A DNA stretch of 64,000 nucleotides, from contig URRW01000003.1 of NCBI GenBank assembly GCA_900550285.1, positions 41,478-105,477 of the forward strand. Reading direction: 5' to 3'. The position numbers and the translations under genes were made by a program. The notes below the pieces were generated by a model, which saw only the letters and a list, made by a program, of their open reading frames with translations, did no database searches and had not been told where the DNA came from. Positions within the stretch are counted from its first letter, which is position 1, and each line of letters opens with the position of its first letter. Below are positions 39,936 through 50,400 of the stretch, piece by piece. The stretch comes from an uncultured Lachnospiraceae bacterium (lineage in GTDB: Bacteria > Bacillota > Clostridia > Lachnospirales > Lachnospiraceae).

Positions 39936-41375
39936 ATGAAAAATGTTGCATTACACAATTTGGGCTGTAAAGTCAACGCATACGAGATAGAGGTTATGCA
40001 ACAAAAGTTACAAGAGAGCGGTTACCAAATTGTACCTTTTGAGTCTGACGCGGACGTCTATATCATCAACACCTGTACCGTTACCAATATTGCGGACAGA
40101 AAGAGCCGTCAGATGCTCCATCGGGCAAAGCATAACAACCCGGACGCGGTCGTCGTGGCGGTGGGCTGCTATGTGCAGGCAGGCCGGGAAAACCAGATGG
40201 ATCCGTGCATCGATCTGGCGGTCGGGAACAACCGCAAAAAGGACATCGCAGAGATTCTGGACGCTTTTTTAAAGGAGCGGGAAGCGGCGGAAAAAAAGGG
40301 GACGGATCCGGACGGACAAGCCGGGCTTTCCGCGGCAGCGCAGGTATTGGAGGACGCCGTGCCCGACATCGCCCGTGAAAATGTTTACGAAGAGATGCGC
40401 ATGGAAAAGAGCGAAAACCACACCCGCGCCCACATCAAGATCCAGGACGGCTGCAACCAGTTCTGCTCCTACTGCATTATCCCGTTTGTGCGCGGCAGGG
40501 TCAGAAGCCGCAGACCGGAGGACGTGATCGCCGAGGTGGAAGGGCTGGCAAAGGAAGGCTGCCGCGAGGTCGTTGTGACCGGCATCCATTTAAGCTCCTA
40601 CGGCATGGATTTTATCGGGGAGACGGACGGGGATTATCTGGAAGGCGGAAAAGATCTTCGGGGGACCGCTTTCAAACGCGCCTACCTCGTTTCTTTGCTG
40701 GAACGGATTTCGCAGGTGGAGGGCATCGAAAGGATCCGGTTGGGCTCTCTGGAACCGCGGATCATCACGCGGGAATTTGCAGAGCGGCTGGCGAAGATTC
40801 CGCAGCTTTGCCCCCATTTCCACCTGTCGCTGCAAAGCGGCTGCAACGAGACGCTAAAGCGGATGAATAGGCACTATACGGCAGAGGAATACTATGAAAA
40901 GGTGGAGCTTTTGCGCAGCGTGTTCGACCGTCCGGCGATCACGACGGACGTGATCGTGGGCTTTCCGCAGGAGACGGAGGAGGAATTTTTGGAGACAAAG
41001 GCATTTCTGGAAAAGGTGCGCTTTTTCGAGATGCACGTCTTTAAATATTCCCGGCGCAAGGGGACGGTGGCAGACCGCCTTCCGGGTCAGCTGACGGATG
41101 CGGAAAAAACGGCGCGCAGCGCGCAGCTTCTGGAACTGGACCGAATCAATTCGGCGGAGTACCGCAGCGCCTGTCTGGGGACGGACATTGAGATCCTTGC
41201 GGAAGAAAAAAAGGAGATCGGCGGGAAGGCTTACTGGATCGGACATACAAAAACCTATGTGAAGGCGGCGTTTGCGGCAGAGGACGGCGGGGAGGACTTT
41301 TCCAACCGTCTTGTGACGGGAAGGGCGGCGTCGTTTTTGAACGGCGAAATCCTGTTGCTGGATGAAATCCGTTGA
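39936..41375 (+). CDS. mtaB: tRNA methylthiotransferase (MtaB/MiaB family, radical SAM plus TRAM)
   Basis: N-terminal MTTase domain (LGCKVNAYE...NTCTVT), radical SAM CNQFCSYC, C-terminal TRAM-like region. Synteny favours the YqeV/MtaB orthologue of the dnaK-operon neighbourhood. Confidence 0.8.
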   Translation: MKNVALHNLGCKVNAYEIEVMQQKLQESGYQIVPFESDADVYIINTCTVTNIADRKSRQMLHRAKHNNPDAVVVAVGCYVQAGRENQMDPCIDLAVGNNRKKDIAEILDAFLKEREAAEKKGTDPDGQAGLSAAAQVLEDAVPDIARENVYEEMRMEKSENHTRAHIKIQDGCNQFCSYCIIPFVRGRVRSRRPEDVIAEVEGLAKEGCREVVVTGIHLSSYGMDFIGETDGDYLEGGKDLRGTAFKRAYLVSLLERISQVEGIERIRLGSLEPRIITREFAERLAKIPQLCPHFHLSLQSGCNETLKRMNRHYTAEEYYEKVELLRSVFDRPAITTDVIVGFPQETEEEFLETKAFLEKVRFFEMHVFKYSRRKGTVADRLPGQLTDAEKTARSAQLLELDRINSAEYRSACLGTDIEILAEEKKEIGGKAYWIGHTKTYVKAAFAAEDGGEDFSNRLVTGRAASFLNGEILLLDEIR

Positions 41376-41458
41376 ATTTTTGCGGAAAGTAGGGTAATAT
41401 AGAAGAACAGAAATGACTATGCGGGCGAAATAAAACCCCGGACAAAGGACGTGACAGC

Positions 41459-41731
41459 ATGCAGGATTTGGAAAATACCCAATATTTTAAAGTGGAGACA
41501 GAGCCGGTAAACGGTGTGAAGATGATTCTGGCGGAGGTGTACGAGGCGCTTTCGGAGAAGGGCTATGACCCCGTAAGCCAGATCGTCGGCTACATCATGT
41601 CCGGCGACCCGACCTACATTACAAGCTACCGCAACGCGCGCGGGCTGATCGGGCGCGTGGAGCGGGACGAGCTTGTGGAAGAGATGTTTAAGGACTATAT
41701 CGAGAACAATCATTGGAAACAGAAGAAATAA
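41459..41731 (+). CDS. ireB: IreB-family regulatory phosphoprotein (UPF0297)
   Basis: 90 aa; matches the conserved YrzL/IreB family; precedes ruvX as in other Firmicutes. Confidence 0.8.
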   Translation: MQDLENTQYFKVETEPVNGVKMILAEVYEALSEKGYDPVSQIVGYIMSGDPTYITSYRNARGLIGRVERDELVEEMFKDYIENNHWKQKK

Positions 41732-41752
41732 CGGCATACAAGGAGAAGCGGG

Positions 41753-42205
41753 ATGCGAGTGATGGGGCTTGATTTCGGTTCCAAGACAGTGGGCGTTGCC
41801 ATCAGTGACCCGCTTTTTGTGACTGCCCAGGGAATCGAGATCGTAAGAAGACAGGATGAGAATAAGCTGCGCCAGACGCTGAGACGTCTGGAGGAGCTGA
41901 TTGTGGAATACGAGGTGGGCCAGCTGGTGATCGGCCTTCCGAAGCATATGAACGCGACCGAAGGGGAGCGCGTGGAAAAGACGAGAGAGTTTGCGGACAA
42001 GCTTTCCAGAAGGACGGGGCTGCCGGTGGCGTTTGTGGACGAGCGCCTGACGACCGTGGCGGCGGACCGGACGATGATGGAGGCAGGCGTGCGCAGGGAG
42101 AACCGTAAGGAATATGTGGACAAGATCGCCGCGACCCTGATCCTGCAGGAATATCTGGACAGACAGAGGATGCAGGAAAGCGCTGCGGCAGAGACGGAAG
42201 AATGA
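41753..42205 (+). CDS. ruvX: Holliday junction resolvase-like RuvX/YqgF
   Basis: [17 protein letters not shown]-terminus; RNase H-like fold family. Confidence 0.9.
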   Translation: MRVMGLDFGSKTVGVAISDPLFVTAQGIEIVRRQDENKLRQTLRRLEELIVEYEVGQLVIGLPKHMNATEGERVEKTREFADKLSRRTGLPVAFVDERLTTVAADRTMMEAGVRRENRKEYVDKIAATLILQEYLDRQRMQESAAAETEE

Positions 42206-42311
42206 CACGAATACACAGCAGCATAACGTCAGAGTGACACAAAGGACACGGCGGCATAACTGCAGAGTGACACAATGACAGAATGATAGAGCGATAGAAC
42301 GACAGGAGACG

Positions 42312-42575
42312 ATGACGGTGGAGAAGATTACATTTTGCCCCGAGGACGGGGAAGCAGTGGATTTTTATGTTCTGGAACAGACGAGGCTTGGCGGCGTGGA
42401 CTATATTCTGGTGACAGACAGCGAGGGAGAGGACGCAGAAGCGCTGATCTTAAAGGACGTGTCGGCGCCCGAGGATACGGAGGCGGTCTATACGATCGTG
42501 GACGATGACGACGAGATGGACGCGGTTGCGGCGATTTTTGAGGATATGCTCGAGGACGTTGAGATCGAGAAATAA
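42312..42575 (+). CDS. DUF1292 family protein
   Basis: Acidic 87-aa protein with the DUF1292 pattern (FYVLE...GGVDYILV); conserved ireB-ruvX-DUF1292 arrangement. Confidence 0.75.
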   Translation: MTVEKITFCPEDGEAVDFYVLEQTRLGGVDYILVTDSEGEDAEALILKDVSAPEDTEAVYTIVDDDDEMDAVAAIFEDMLEDVEIEK

Positions 42576-42706
42576 ACGCAGCATAAAATCGGGAAACGGA
42601 CGCAAAAACAGAGAACAAATGTAAAATCAGGAAATAAACGCCCGCGCAGGACGGCGCACAGGGCTTGGTTTATAAATATATTTTAGAATGACGGAGGTAA
42701 TTTTAC

Positions 42707-44386
42707 TTGAAACGGACAAAAAAAGTGAATAATGCAGGCCCCGGACTTAAGGTGATACCGCTGGGAGGACTGGAGCAGATCGGAATGAACATTACTGCGT
42801 TTGAGTACGAGGACAGTATTGTTGTGGTAGACTGCGGTCTTTCCTTCCCGGACGACGACATGCTGGGAATCGATCTGGTAATTCCGGATGTTACTTATCT
42901 GAAGGAAAACATGGACCGGGTAAAGGGATTTGTGATCACGCACGGACACGAGGATCATATCGGCGCGCTGCCCTATGTGCTGCGCGAGTTAAACATCCCG
43001 ATCTACGCGACGCGGCTGACGATGGGGCTGATCGAAAACAAGCTGCGGGAGCACAACCTTTTGGGGCACACGAAGCGCAAGGTGATCAAATTCGGCCAGT
43101 CTGTCAATCTGGGACAGTTCAGGATCGAATTTATCAAGACAAACCACAGCATTGTGGACGCGGCTGCGCTTGCGATCCATTCCCCGGCGGGAACGGTGAT
43201 CCACACGGGCGACTTCAAGGTGGATTATACGCCGGTATTCGGAGAGGCGATCGACCTGCAGCGTTTTGCGGAGCTTGGCAAAAAGGGCGTGCTGGCGCTC
43301 ATGTGCGATTCGACCAACGCAGAGCGCAAGGGCTTTACGCAGTCTGAGCGGACGGTGGGACGCACCTTTGACACGATCTTCCACGAGCATCAGGGCTCCC
43401 GGCTGATTATCGCGACCTTTGCATCCAACGTAGACCGCGTGCAGCAGATCATCAATACGGCGCATAAGTACGGCAGAAAGGTTGTGGTCGAGGGCCGCAG
43501 CATGGTAAATATTATCGAGACGGCGATGAATCTGGGCTGTATCAGCATCCCGGACAATACGCTGGTAGATATTGACCGGTTAAAGGATTATCCCGACGAC
43601 CGCACGGTTATCATCACGACCGGCAGCCAGGGCGAAAATATGGCGGCGCTGAGCCGTATGGCTTCGAGCGTACACCGCAAGGTGTCCATCGGGCCGAACG
43701 ATACGATCATTTTTTCCTCCAATCCGATCCCCGGAAACGAGAAGGCGGTAACAAGGGTGATCAACGAGCTGGAACAGAAGGGCGCGGAAGTGATCTTTCA
43801 GGACGTCCACGTATCCGGACATGCCTGTCAGGAAGAGATCAAGCTGATGTATACGCTTGTCCAGCCCAAATACGCGATCCCGGTGCACGGCGAGTACAAG
43901 CACTTAAAGGCGCAGGAGGGAATCGCACAGGAGCTTGGCATCCCGAAGGAGAATATTTTTATCCTCCATTCCGGAAATGTGCTTGAGCTGACCGAGGAGA
44001 AGGCGTCCGTTGTGGGGACCGTTCCGTGCGGCGCGATCCTGGTGGACGGCCTTGGCGTAGGCGATGTCGGCAACGTGGTGCTGCGTGACAGACAGCATCT
44101 GGCGGAGGACGGCATCATGATTGTGGTCGTTGCGCTGGACGGCATTACCGGACAGATCGCCAGCGGGCCGGATCTGGTATCCAGAGGCTTTGTTTATGTA
44201 AAAGAATCCGATGCGCTCATGGACGAGGCGCGTGATCTGATGGACCGCGTGATGGAGGGCTGCGTAAGCCGCGGCTGTACCGACTGGGGACGCATCAAGA
44301 CGGCGATCAAGGACAATCTGGGCGATTTCATTTGGAAAAAGACGAAGCGCCGCCCGATGATTTTGCCGATCATTATGGAAGTATAA
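42707..44386 (+). CDS. rnj: Ribonuclease J
   Basis: Metallo-beta-lactamase HxHxDH (ITHGHEDHIGALP), beta-CASP and the RNase J C-terminal domain. TTG start with RBS ggaggt. Confidence 0.95.
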   Translation: MKRTKKVNNAGPGLKVIPLGGLEQIGMNITAFEYEDSIVVVDCGLSFPDDDMLGIDLVIPDVTYLKENMDRVKGFVITHGHEDHIGALPYVLRELNIPIYATRLTMGLIENKLREHNLLGHTKRKVIKFGQSVNLGQFRIEFIKTNHSIVDAAALAIHSPAGTVIHTGDFKVDYTPVFGEAIDLQRFAELGKKGVLALMCDSTNAERKGFTQSERTVGRTFDTIFHEHQGSRLIIATFASNVDRVQQIINTAHKYGRKVVVEGRSMVNIIETAMNLGCISIPDNTLVDIDRLKDYPDDRTVIITTGSQGENMAALSRMASSVHRKVSIGPNDTIIFSSNPIPGNEKAVTRVINELEQKGAEVIFQDVHVSGHACQEEIKLMYTLVQPKYAIPVHGEYKHLKAQEGIAQELGIPKENIFILHSGNVLELTEEKASVVGTVPCGAILVDGLGVGDVGNVVLRDRQHLAEDGIMIVVVALDGITGQIASGPDLVSRGFVYVKESDALMDEARDLMDRVMEGCVSRGCTDWGRIKTAIKDNLGDFIWKKTKRRPMILPIIMEV

Positions 44387-44445
44387 GGGCTGTGAAGGTA
44401 CTGAACCGTTACGAAGGATCAAAATAACGTAAGAGAGGCATTGTA

Positions 44446-44772
44446 ATGAGTAAGGTAGAGACAGCGCTGCAGGAGCTGATCGCGGCGGTGATTGATTCTC
44501 CGGAGTACCGGGAATTTGACCGACAGAAAAAGATCATGAAGCAGCATCCCGACTTAAAGCAGAGGATCGACGAGTTTCGTGAGGAGAATTTTTATCTGCA
44601 GCGGTCAGCGGAGTCTGACGAGCTTTTTGATAAGATGGATGAACTTTCCAGGCGCTATGAGGAATTCCGCAGGAATCCTCTGGTAGACCCGTTTCTGAAT
44701 GCGGAGGTGGAATTCTGCAGGATGATCCAGGGGCTGAACCAGCAAATTGTGGAGGCAGTAAATTTTGAGTAA
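44446..44772 (+). CDS. YlbF/YmcA-family regulatory protein
   Basis: 108 aa helical protein of the YlbF/YmcA (Com/RicA-like) family. Confidence 0.7.
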   Translation: MSKVETALQELIAAVIDSPEYREFDRQKKIMKQHPDLKQRIDEFREENFYLQRSAESDELFDKMDELSRRYEEFRRNPLVDPFLNAEVEFCRMIQGLNQQIVEAVNFE

Positions 44773-45184
44773 AAAGAGTGCAGGCAGAAACGGGAGCAAA
44801 AAGAAGGCGGCGGCAAAAAGCGTGGCGCAGAGCGCGGTCGGGACGGTGTTCAACATCGTCCTGGTCGTGGTTGCCGCGATGCTGATCTATCATTTTGCGG
44901 TTTCCGCTTATCAGTACGGCGTGCGCATCTACGGGGAGCCGCCGGTGTCGGAGGCGCCGGGCACGGAGGTGACGGTGACGATCACGGACGGCATGGATTT
45001 TAAAGGGATCGCAGAGCAGCTTTGCGATAAGGGGCTCGTCCGTGAAAAGACGCTGTTTTACATTCAGGAGCTTCTGTCCAATTATTCCGAGGATGGATTT
45101 ACGGAAGGGGAATATACACTTTCCACGGCGATGACGCCGGATGAAATGATGGACATCATGGGAGCAGACGGAGAAGAAAAATGA
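44765..45184 (+). CDS. MltG (YceG)-like N-terminal fragment: TM anchor plus the first periplasmic subdomain; catalytic domain absent
   Basis: Sequence (TEVTVTITDGMDFKGIAEQLCDKGLV...GEYTLS) matches the first ~130 aa of MltG/YrrL. The ORF stops where the yrrM-like methyltransferase starts (ATGA overlap). Confidence 0.5.
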   Translation: MSKKSAGRNGSKKKAAAKSVAQSAVGTVFNIVLVVVAAMLIYHFAVSAYQYGVRIYGEPPVSEAPGTEVTVTITDGMDFKGIAEQLCDKGLVREKTLFYIQELLSNYSEDGFTEGEYTLSTAMTPDEMMDIMGADGEEK

Positions 45185-45837
45185 TAGTAGAAGAGAGAAT
45201 GCGCACATTTATCAATTCTCTGGACAGGGGAAACCCGGAATGGCTGGACAGCCTGTATCGTCAGGCGGTGGCGGACAGGGTTCCGGTCATACGGACGGAG
45301 ACGGGGAGCCTGCTGCGCTTTCTGCTTGCGCTTACGCGGCCGTCATCCATTCTCGAGGTGGGGACGGCCGTTGGTTATTCCGCTCTTTTGATGAGCGAAT
45401 ATATGCCGGAGAACTGTCATATTACGACGATTGAAAAATACGAAAAAAGAATCCCCATCGCAAAGGAAAATTTCCGCAGGGCAGGCAGGGAGGGAAAGAT
45501 CACTCTTCTGGAAGGCGACGCGGCGGATATTCTGAAAGGGCTGGATGCGCCCTTTGACCTGATCTTTATGGATGCGGCAAAGGGGCAGTATCCCCATTTT
45601 CTGCCGGAGGCGGTGCGCCTGCTTGCGCCGGGCGGGCTTTTGGTGTCCGACAACGTGCTGCAGGAGGGCGACATCATTGAATCGCGCTATGCGGTAACGC
45701 GGCGCGACCGCACGATCCATACGCGGATGCGGGATTATCTGTACGAGCTGACACATCATGCGCTTTTGGAAACGGCAGTCCTGCCGGTCGGGGACGGTGT
45801 GACGCTCAGCGTGAAAAAAGGAGAACAGACAACATGA
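45181..45837 (+). CDS. Class I SAM-dependent O-methyltransferase (YrrM/TrmR-like)
   Basis: SAM motif LEVGTAVGYSAL; family 3 O-MTase; conserved position before the U32 peptidase. Confidence 0.85.
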   Translation: MIVEERMRTFINSLDRGNPEWLDSLYRQAVADRVPVIRTETGSLLRFLLALTRPSSILEVGTAVGYSALLMSEYMPENCHITTIEKYEKRIPIAKENFRRAGREGKITLLEGDAADILKGLDAPFDLIFMDAAKGQYPHFLPEAVRLLAPGGLLVSDNVLQEGDIIESRYAVTRRDRTIHTRMRDYLYELTHHALLETAVLPVGDGVTLSVKKGEQTT

Positions 45838-47102
45838 GAAAACCGGAACTTCTAATCCCGGCGGGGAGCTTAGAGGTGCTCAAAACTGCGGTCAATTTCG
45901 GGGCGGACGCCGTTTATATCGGCGGCGAGGCGTTCGGGCTGCGTGCAAAAGCGAAAAATTTTGGCCCCGAGGAGATGGCGGAAGGCATTTCCTATGCCCG
46001 CAAACGCGGCGTAAAGGTGTATGTGACCGCGAATATTCTGGCGCACAACGACGATCTGGAGGATGCTTCCGATTATTTTTTACAGCTGAAAAATCTCAAA
46101 ACAAAAGACGGGGAGCCTGCAGCGCCGGATGCGCTCATCATTTCCGATCCGGGGCTGTTCATGATCGCAAAGCGCGTCTGCCTGGAGATGGAGCTGCATA
46201 TTTCCACGCAGGCAAACAGCACCAACTATGAAACGTGGCTGTTCTGGTGGAATCTGGGCGCGAAGCGCGTGGTGTCGGCGCGGGAGCTTTCTTTAAAAGA
46301 GATCAGGCAGATCCGGGAGCACATTCCGTCCGATATGGAGATCGAGAGCTTCGTCCATGGGGCGATGTGCATTTCCTATTCGGGACGCTGTCTTTTAAGC
46401 AATTATTTTACCGGAAGGGACGCCAATCAGGGCGCGTGCACCCATCCGTGCCGCTGGAAATATGCGGTGATGGAGGAGAGCCGGCCGGGCGAATATATGC
46501 CGGTGTATGAAAATGAGCGCGGGACGTTTATTTTTAACTCGAAGGATCTGTGCATGCTGGAGCATATCCCGGATCTTTTGGCGGCGGGCGTGGACAGCTT
46601 CAAGATCGAGGGTAGGATGAAGACGGCGCTGTATGTGGCGACCGTGGCGCGGACGTACCGCAAGGCGATCGACGACTGTCTGGAATCTGAGGAAAAGTAC
46701 CGCGCAAATATCGAATGGTATAAGGAAGAGATCGCGAAATGCACCTACCGTCAGTTTACCACGGGCTTTTATTACGGAAAGCCAAACGACGACGCGCAGA
46801 TCTACGATTCCAACACCTATCAGAGCGACGCGGTCTATCTGGGAATCGTGTATGAGAAGAATGAAAACGGTCAGATCCGCACGGAGCAGCGCAACAAATT
46901 CTGCAAAGGCGATGTGATCGAGATCATGAAGCCCGACGGACGCAACGTGGCGGCAAAGGTGCTTCAGATTAAAAACGGCGACGGGGAAGAGATGGAGAGC
47001 GCGCCCCATCCGAAACAGGAATTATGGCTGACGCTTTCGGAGCAGGCGGAGGTCGGAGACATCCTGCGGGTGACGGCGAAGAAGGAGACTGGCGATGAAT
47101 AA
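45834..47102 (+). CDS. Peptidase U32 family protein (YrrN/YrrO-like)
   Basis: U32 signature region (E...SARELS..., HGAMCISYSGRCLLSNY) and C-terminal beta-barrel. Confidence 0.9.
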   Translation: MRKPELLIPAGSLEVLKTAVNFGADAVYIGGEAFGLRAKAKNFGPEEMAEGISYARKRGVKVYVTANILAHNDDLEDASDYFLQLKNLKTKDGEPAAPDALIISDPGLFMIAKRVCLEMELHISTQANSTNYETWLFWWNLGAKRVVSARELSLKEIRQIREHIPSDMEIESFVHGAMCISYSGRCLLSNYFTGRDANQGACTHPCRWKYAVMEESRPGEYMPVYENERGTFIFNSKDLCMLEHIPDLLAAGVDSFKIEGRMKTALYVATVARTYRKAIDDCLESEEKYRANIEWYKEEIAKCTYRQFTTGFYYGKPNDDAQIYDSNTYQSDAVYLGIVYEKNENGQIRTEQRNKFCKGDVIEIMKPDGRNVAAKVLQIKNGDGEEMESAPHPKQELWLTLSEQAEVGDILRVTAKKETGDE

Positions 47103-49218
47103 CGTATTGAATGTGGAAAAGCTGTTTGGCGAAAATGTTTTTACCCTTGGAAAGATGCAGGAGCGCCTGCCGCGCAAGGCATATGCCGAGGTAAAGCAGG
47201 TGATGGAGCACGGCGGTGAATTGAGCAGTGCCACGGCGGACGTGGTGGCAAAGGCGATGAAGGACTGGGCGGTGGAGCACGGCGCGACCCACTACACCCA
47301 CTGGTTCCAGCCGCTGACCGGCATTACGGCGGAAAAGCACGATTCCTTTGTGACGCATCCGGACGAGAGCGGGAAGATGCTGATGGAGTTTTCCGGCAAG
47401 GAGCTGATCAAGGGCGAGGCGGACGCGTCCTCGTTTCCTTCCGGCGGGCTGCGTTCCACATTCGAGGCGAGGGGCTATACGGTATGGGACATTACCTCTC
47501 CCGCGTTTTTAAAGGAGGATGCGACGGGCGTGATCCTGTGCATCCCGACGGCGTTCTGCTCCTTTAAGGGCGAGGCGCTGGACAAAAAAACGCCGCTTTT
47601 ACGTTCCATGGAAGCGCTTTCCACGCAGGCAATGCGTATCGTGCGCCTGTTCAATAAAAATACAACCGCCACGAAGGTAACGCCTTCCGTGGGCGCGGAG
47701 CAGGAGTATTTCCTGATCGACCGCGCAAAATATTTACAGAGAAAAGACCTGATTTTTTCCGGCAGGACGCTGTTCGGCGCGCCCGCGCCCAAGGGGCAGG
47801 AGCTGGAGGATCATTATTTCGGCGTCATCCGGGAACGGGTGGGCGCGTTTATGAAGGACTTGAACGTGGAGCTGTGGAAGCTGGGCGTAACGGCAAAGAC
47901 CCAGCACAACGAGGTGGCTCCCGCGCAGCACGAGCTTGCCCCGGTATATGAGACGGCGAACATCGCGATGGATCACAACCAGCTTGTGATGGAGACGATG
48001 AAAAAGGTAGCGGAGCGCCACAACCTGCGCTGTCTGCTGCATGAAAAGCCCTTTGCGGGGGTCAACGGCTCCGGTAAGCACGACAACTGGTCGATCACGA
48101 CCGATACGGGCATGAACCTGCTGGATCCGGGCGAGACGCCCAATGAAAATATCCAGTTTCTGCTGGTGCTTGCCTGCATCATGAAGGCGGTGGACACCCA
48201 TGCGGATCTGCTCAGAAGAAGCGCTTCCAATGTAGGAAACGATCTGCGTCTGGGCGCCAGCGAAGCGCCTCCGGCGATCGTGTCGATCTTTTTGGGGACA
48301 CAGCTCGAGGACGTGGTGCGCCAGCTTGTAGAAACGGGAGAAGCGCGCTCCTGTCTGGAAGGCTCCACGCTGCGCACCGGCGTTTCTACCGTGCCGGATC
48401 TGCACATGGACGCGACGGACAGAAACCGCACGTCACCCTTTGCCTTTACCGGAAACAAATTCGAGTTCCGTATGGTGGGCTCTTCGGATTCCATCGGAAG
48501 CCCTACGACGACGATCAACGCCATCGTGGCGGAGGCGTTCTGCGAGGCGGCGGACAGGCTGGAAGCCGCAGGCGAGGAGAACTTTGAAATTGCGGTGCAC
48601 GATCTGATCAAGGAATATATGACGAAGCATCAGCGGATCATTTTTAACGGGGACGGCTATTCGGAGGCATGGGCGAAGGAAGCAAAGCGCCGCGGACTGC
48701 CGGTGTTTGCGACGATGATCGATTCCGTGGAAGCCCTGACGGGAGATAAGGCGATCCAGCTGTATGAGAGGTTCGGTATTTATAATCGTGCCGAGCTGGA
48801 ATCCCGCAAAGAGATTTTATATGAAACCTATGTAAAGACAGTCCATATCGAGGTCAAGACGATGATCGACATGGCGTCGAAGGACATCCTTCCGGCGGTA
48901 ATGCGCTACAGCCACGATCTGGCGGAGACGGTTAGCCTGTTGAAGGCGGCGGGAGCCGACGCTTCCGTTTCCTCCGCACTTTTAAAGGAGATCAGCGAGC
49001 TTCTGGGCAAGGCTGCCGCTGCGCTGGAGGATCTGAAATGGAAGGAAAAGGAAGGCGAAGCGCTGTCGGCTGACGCAAGAAAGCAGGCGTTTTTCTACCG
49101 CGACACGATCGTTCCGGCGATGGAGGCACTGCGCAGCCCCGTGGACCTTTTAGAGACGAAGGTGGACCGGGCATACTGGCCGATGCCGGGCTATGCCGAT
49201 CTTTTGTTTGAGGTATAA
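47095..49218 (+). CDS. glnN: Glutamine synthetase type III
   Basis: 707 aa; GS-III N-terminus (HGATHYTHWFQPLTG) and catalytic region. Confidence 0.9.
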   Translation: MNNVLNVEKLFGENVFTLGKMQERLPRKAYAEVKQVMEHGGELSSATADVVAKAMKDWAVEHGATHYTHWFQPLTGITAEKHDSFVTHPDESGKMLMEFSGKELIKGEADASSFPSGGLRSTFEARGYTVWDITSPAFLKEDATGVILCIPTAFCSFKGEALDKKTPLLRSMEALSTQAMRIVRLFNKNTTATKVTPSVGAEQEYFLIDRAKYLQRKDLIFSGRTLFGAPAPKGQELEDHYFGVIRERVGAFMKDLNVELWKLGVTAKTQHNEVAPAQHELAPVYETANIAMDHNQLVMETMKKVAERHNLRCLLHEKPFAGVNGSGKHDNWSITTDTGMNLLDPGETPNENIQFLLVLACIMKAVDTHADLLRRSASNVGNDLRLGASEAPPAIVSIFLGTQLEDVVRQLVETGEARSCLEGSTLRTGVSTVPDLHMDATDRNRTSPFAFTGNKFEFRMVGSSDSIGSPTTTINAIVAEAFCEAADRLEAAGEENFEIAVHDLIKEYMTKHQRIIFNGDGYSEAWAKEAKRRGLPVFATMIDSVEALTGDKAIQLYERFGIYNRAELESRKEILYETYVKTVHIEVKTMIDMASKDILPAVMRYSHDLAETVSLLKAAGADASVSSALLKEISELLGKAAAALEDLKWKEKEGEALSADARKQAFFYRDTIVPAMEALRSPVDLLETKVDRAYWPMPGYADLLFEV

Positions 49219-49242
49219 GGACGGTTCGGTATGGAGGTAACA

Positions 49243-50304
49243 ATGGAAACAGTTTTGGTTTCGGTAGATCAGGAGCACCCTGATCAGGAGGTAATCCGGG
49301 CGGCGGGGGAGATCATCCGCAGGGGCGGTCTGGTAGCGTTTCCGACAGAGACGGTTTACGGTCTTGGAGGGGACGCCCTAAACCCGGAGTCGTCGCGCAA
49401 AATTTACGCGGCAAAGGGCAGGCCTTCCGATAATCCGCTGATCGTGCACATCTGTGAGTGGGAGGATATTTACCGGATCGCAGACCCCGTGCCGGAGGCG
49501 GCGGTCCGTCTGGCAGAGGCGTTCTGGCCGGGACCGCTGACGATGATCCTGCATAAGACGGGGCTTGTGCCGAAAGAGACGACCGGAGGGCTTGACACGG
49601 TGGCAATCCGGTTTCCGTCCGATCCGGTGGCGCAGGAATTTATCCGGGCGGCGGGCGGCTATGTGGCTGCGCCCAGCGCCAATACGTCGGGACGTCCAAG
49701 CCCCACGCTGGCGCAGTATGTAAAAGAGGACATGGACGGGCGCATCGAAATGATCCTGGACGGCGGCGAGGTCGGCATCGGTCTGGAATCCACCATTGTG
49801 GATCTGACCGGGGATAAGCCGATGATCCTGCGCCCGGGCTTTGTGACAAAGGAAATGCTGGAAGCGGTTTTGAATCAGGTGGACGTAGACAGGACGATCC
49901 TGGACGCCAACTGCCATTTAAGGCCGAAAGCCCCCGGAATGCGTTACCGTCACTACGCGCCCAAGGGCGAGCTGACGATCGTTGAGGGAGCGCAGGAGAC
50001 GGTGAGCGCGCGGATCTGTCAGGAGAGCCGGCAGGCAAAGGCAGATGGGAAAAAAGTCGGGATCATCGCGACGGACGAAACTGTTTTGCGTTATAAAAAA
50101 GAGAGCGGCGCAGACAGCGTCAAAAGCGTGGGAAGCCGCAGCGACGAAGCGTCTGTGGGCAGAAGCCTTTATCGGATCCTGCGGGAATTTGACGACGAGG
50201 ACGTGGACGTGATGTTTTCAGAATCCTTTTCGGAGAGCGGCTTCGGACAGGCGATCATGAACCGCCTTTTAAAGGCGGCGGGACATCATGTGGAGCGGGT
50301 GTGA
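49243..50304 (+). CDS. tsaC: L-threonylcarbamoyladenylate synthase (Sua5/YwlC/TsaC type, with Sua5 C-terminal domain)
   Basis: YrdC fold (GGLVAFPTETVYGLG) plus Sua5 C-terminal domain. ATG 49243 with RBS ggaggt. Confidence 0.9.
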   Translation: METVLVSVDQEHPDQEVIRAAGEIIRRGGLVAFPTETVYGLGGDALNPESSRKIYAAKGRPSDNPLIVHICEWEDIYRIADPVPEAAVRLAEAFWPGPLTMILHKTGLVPKETTGGLDTVAIRFPSDPVAQEFIRAAGGYVAAPSANTSGRPSPTLAQYVKEDMDGRIEMILDGGEVGIGLESTIVDLTGDKPMILRPGFVTKEMLEAVLNQVDVDRTILDANCHLRPKAPGMRYRHYAPKGELTIVEGAQETVSARICQESRQAKADGKKVGIIATDETVLRYKKESGADSVKSVGSRSDEASVGRSLYRILREFDDEDVDVMFSESFSESGFGQAIMNRLLKAAGHHVERV

Positions 50305-50400
50305 CAGAGAGGAAAGCGCTGCCGTTTACCGGTCTGTCGGCAAACAGCAGCATGAAAGCTGCCGTCTTTAAGGGGAGGCAGGCATAAGGAGGAAACGAGT

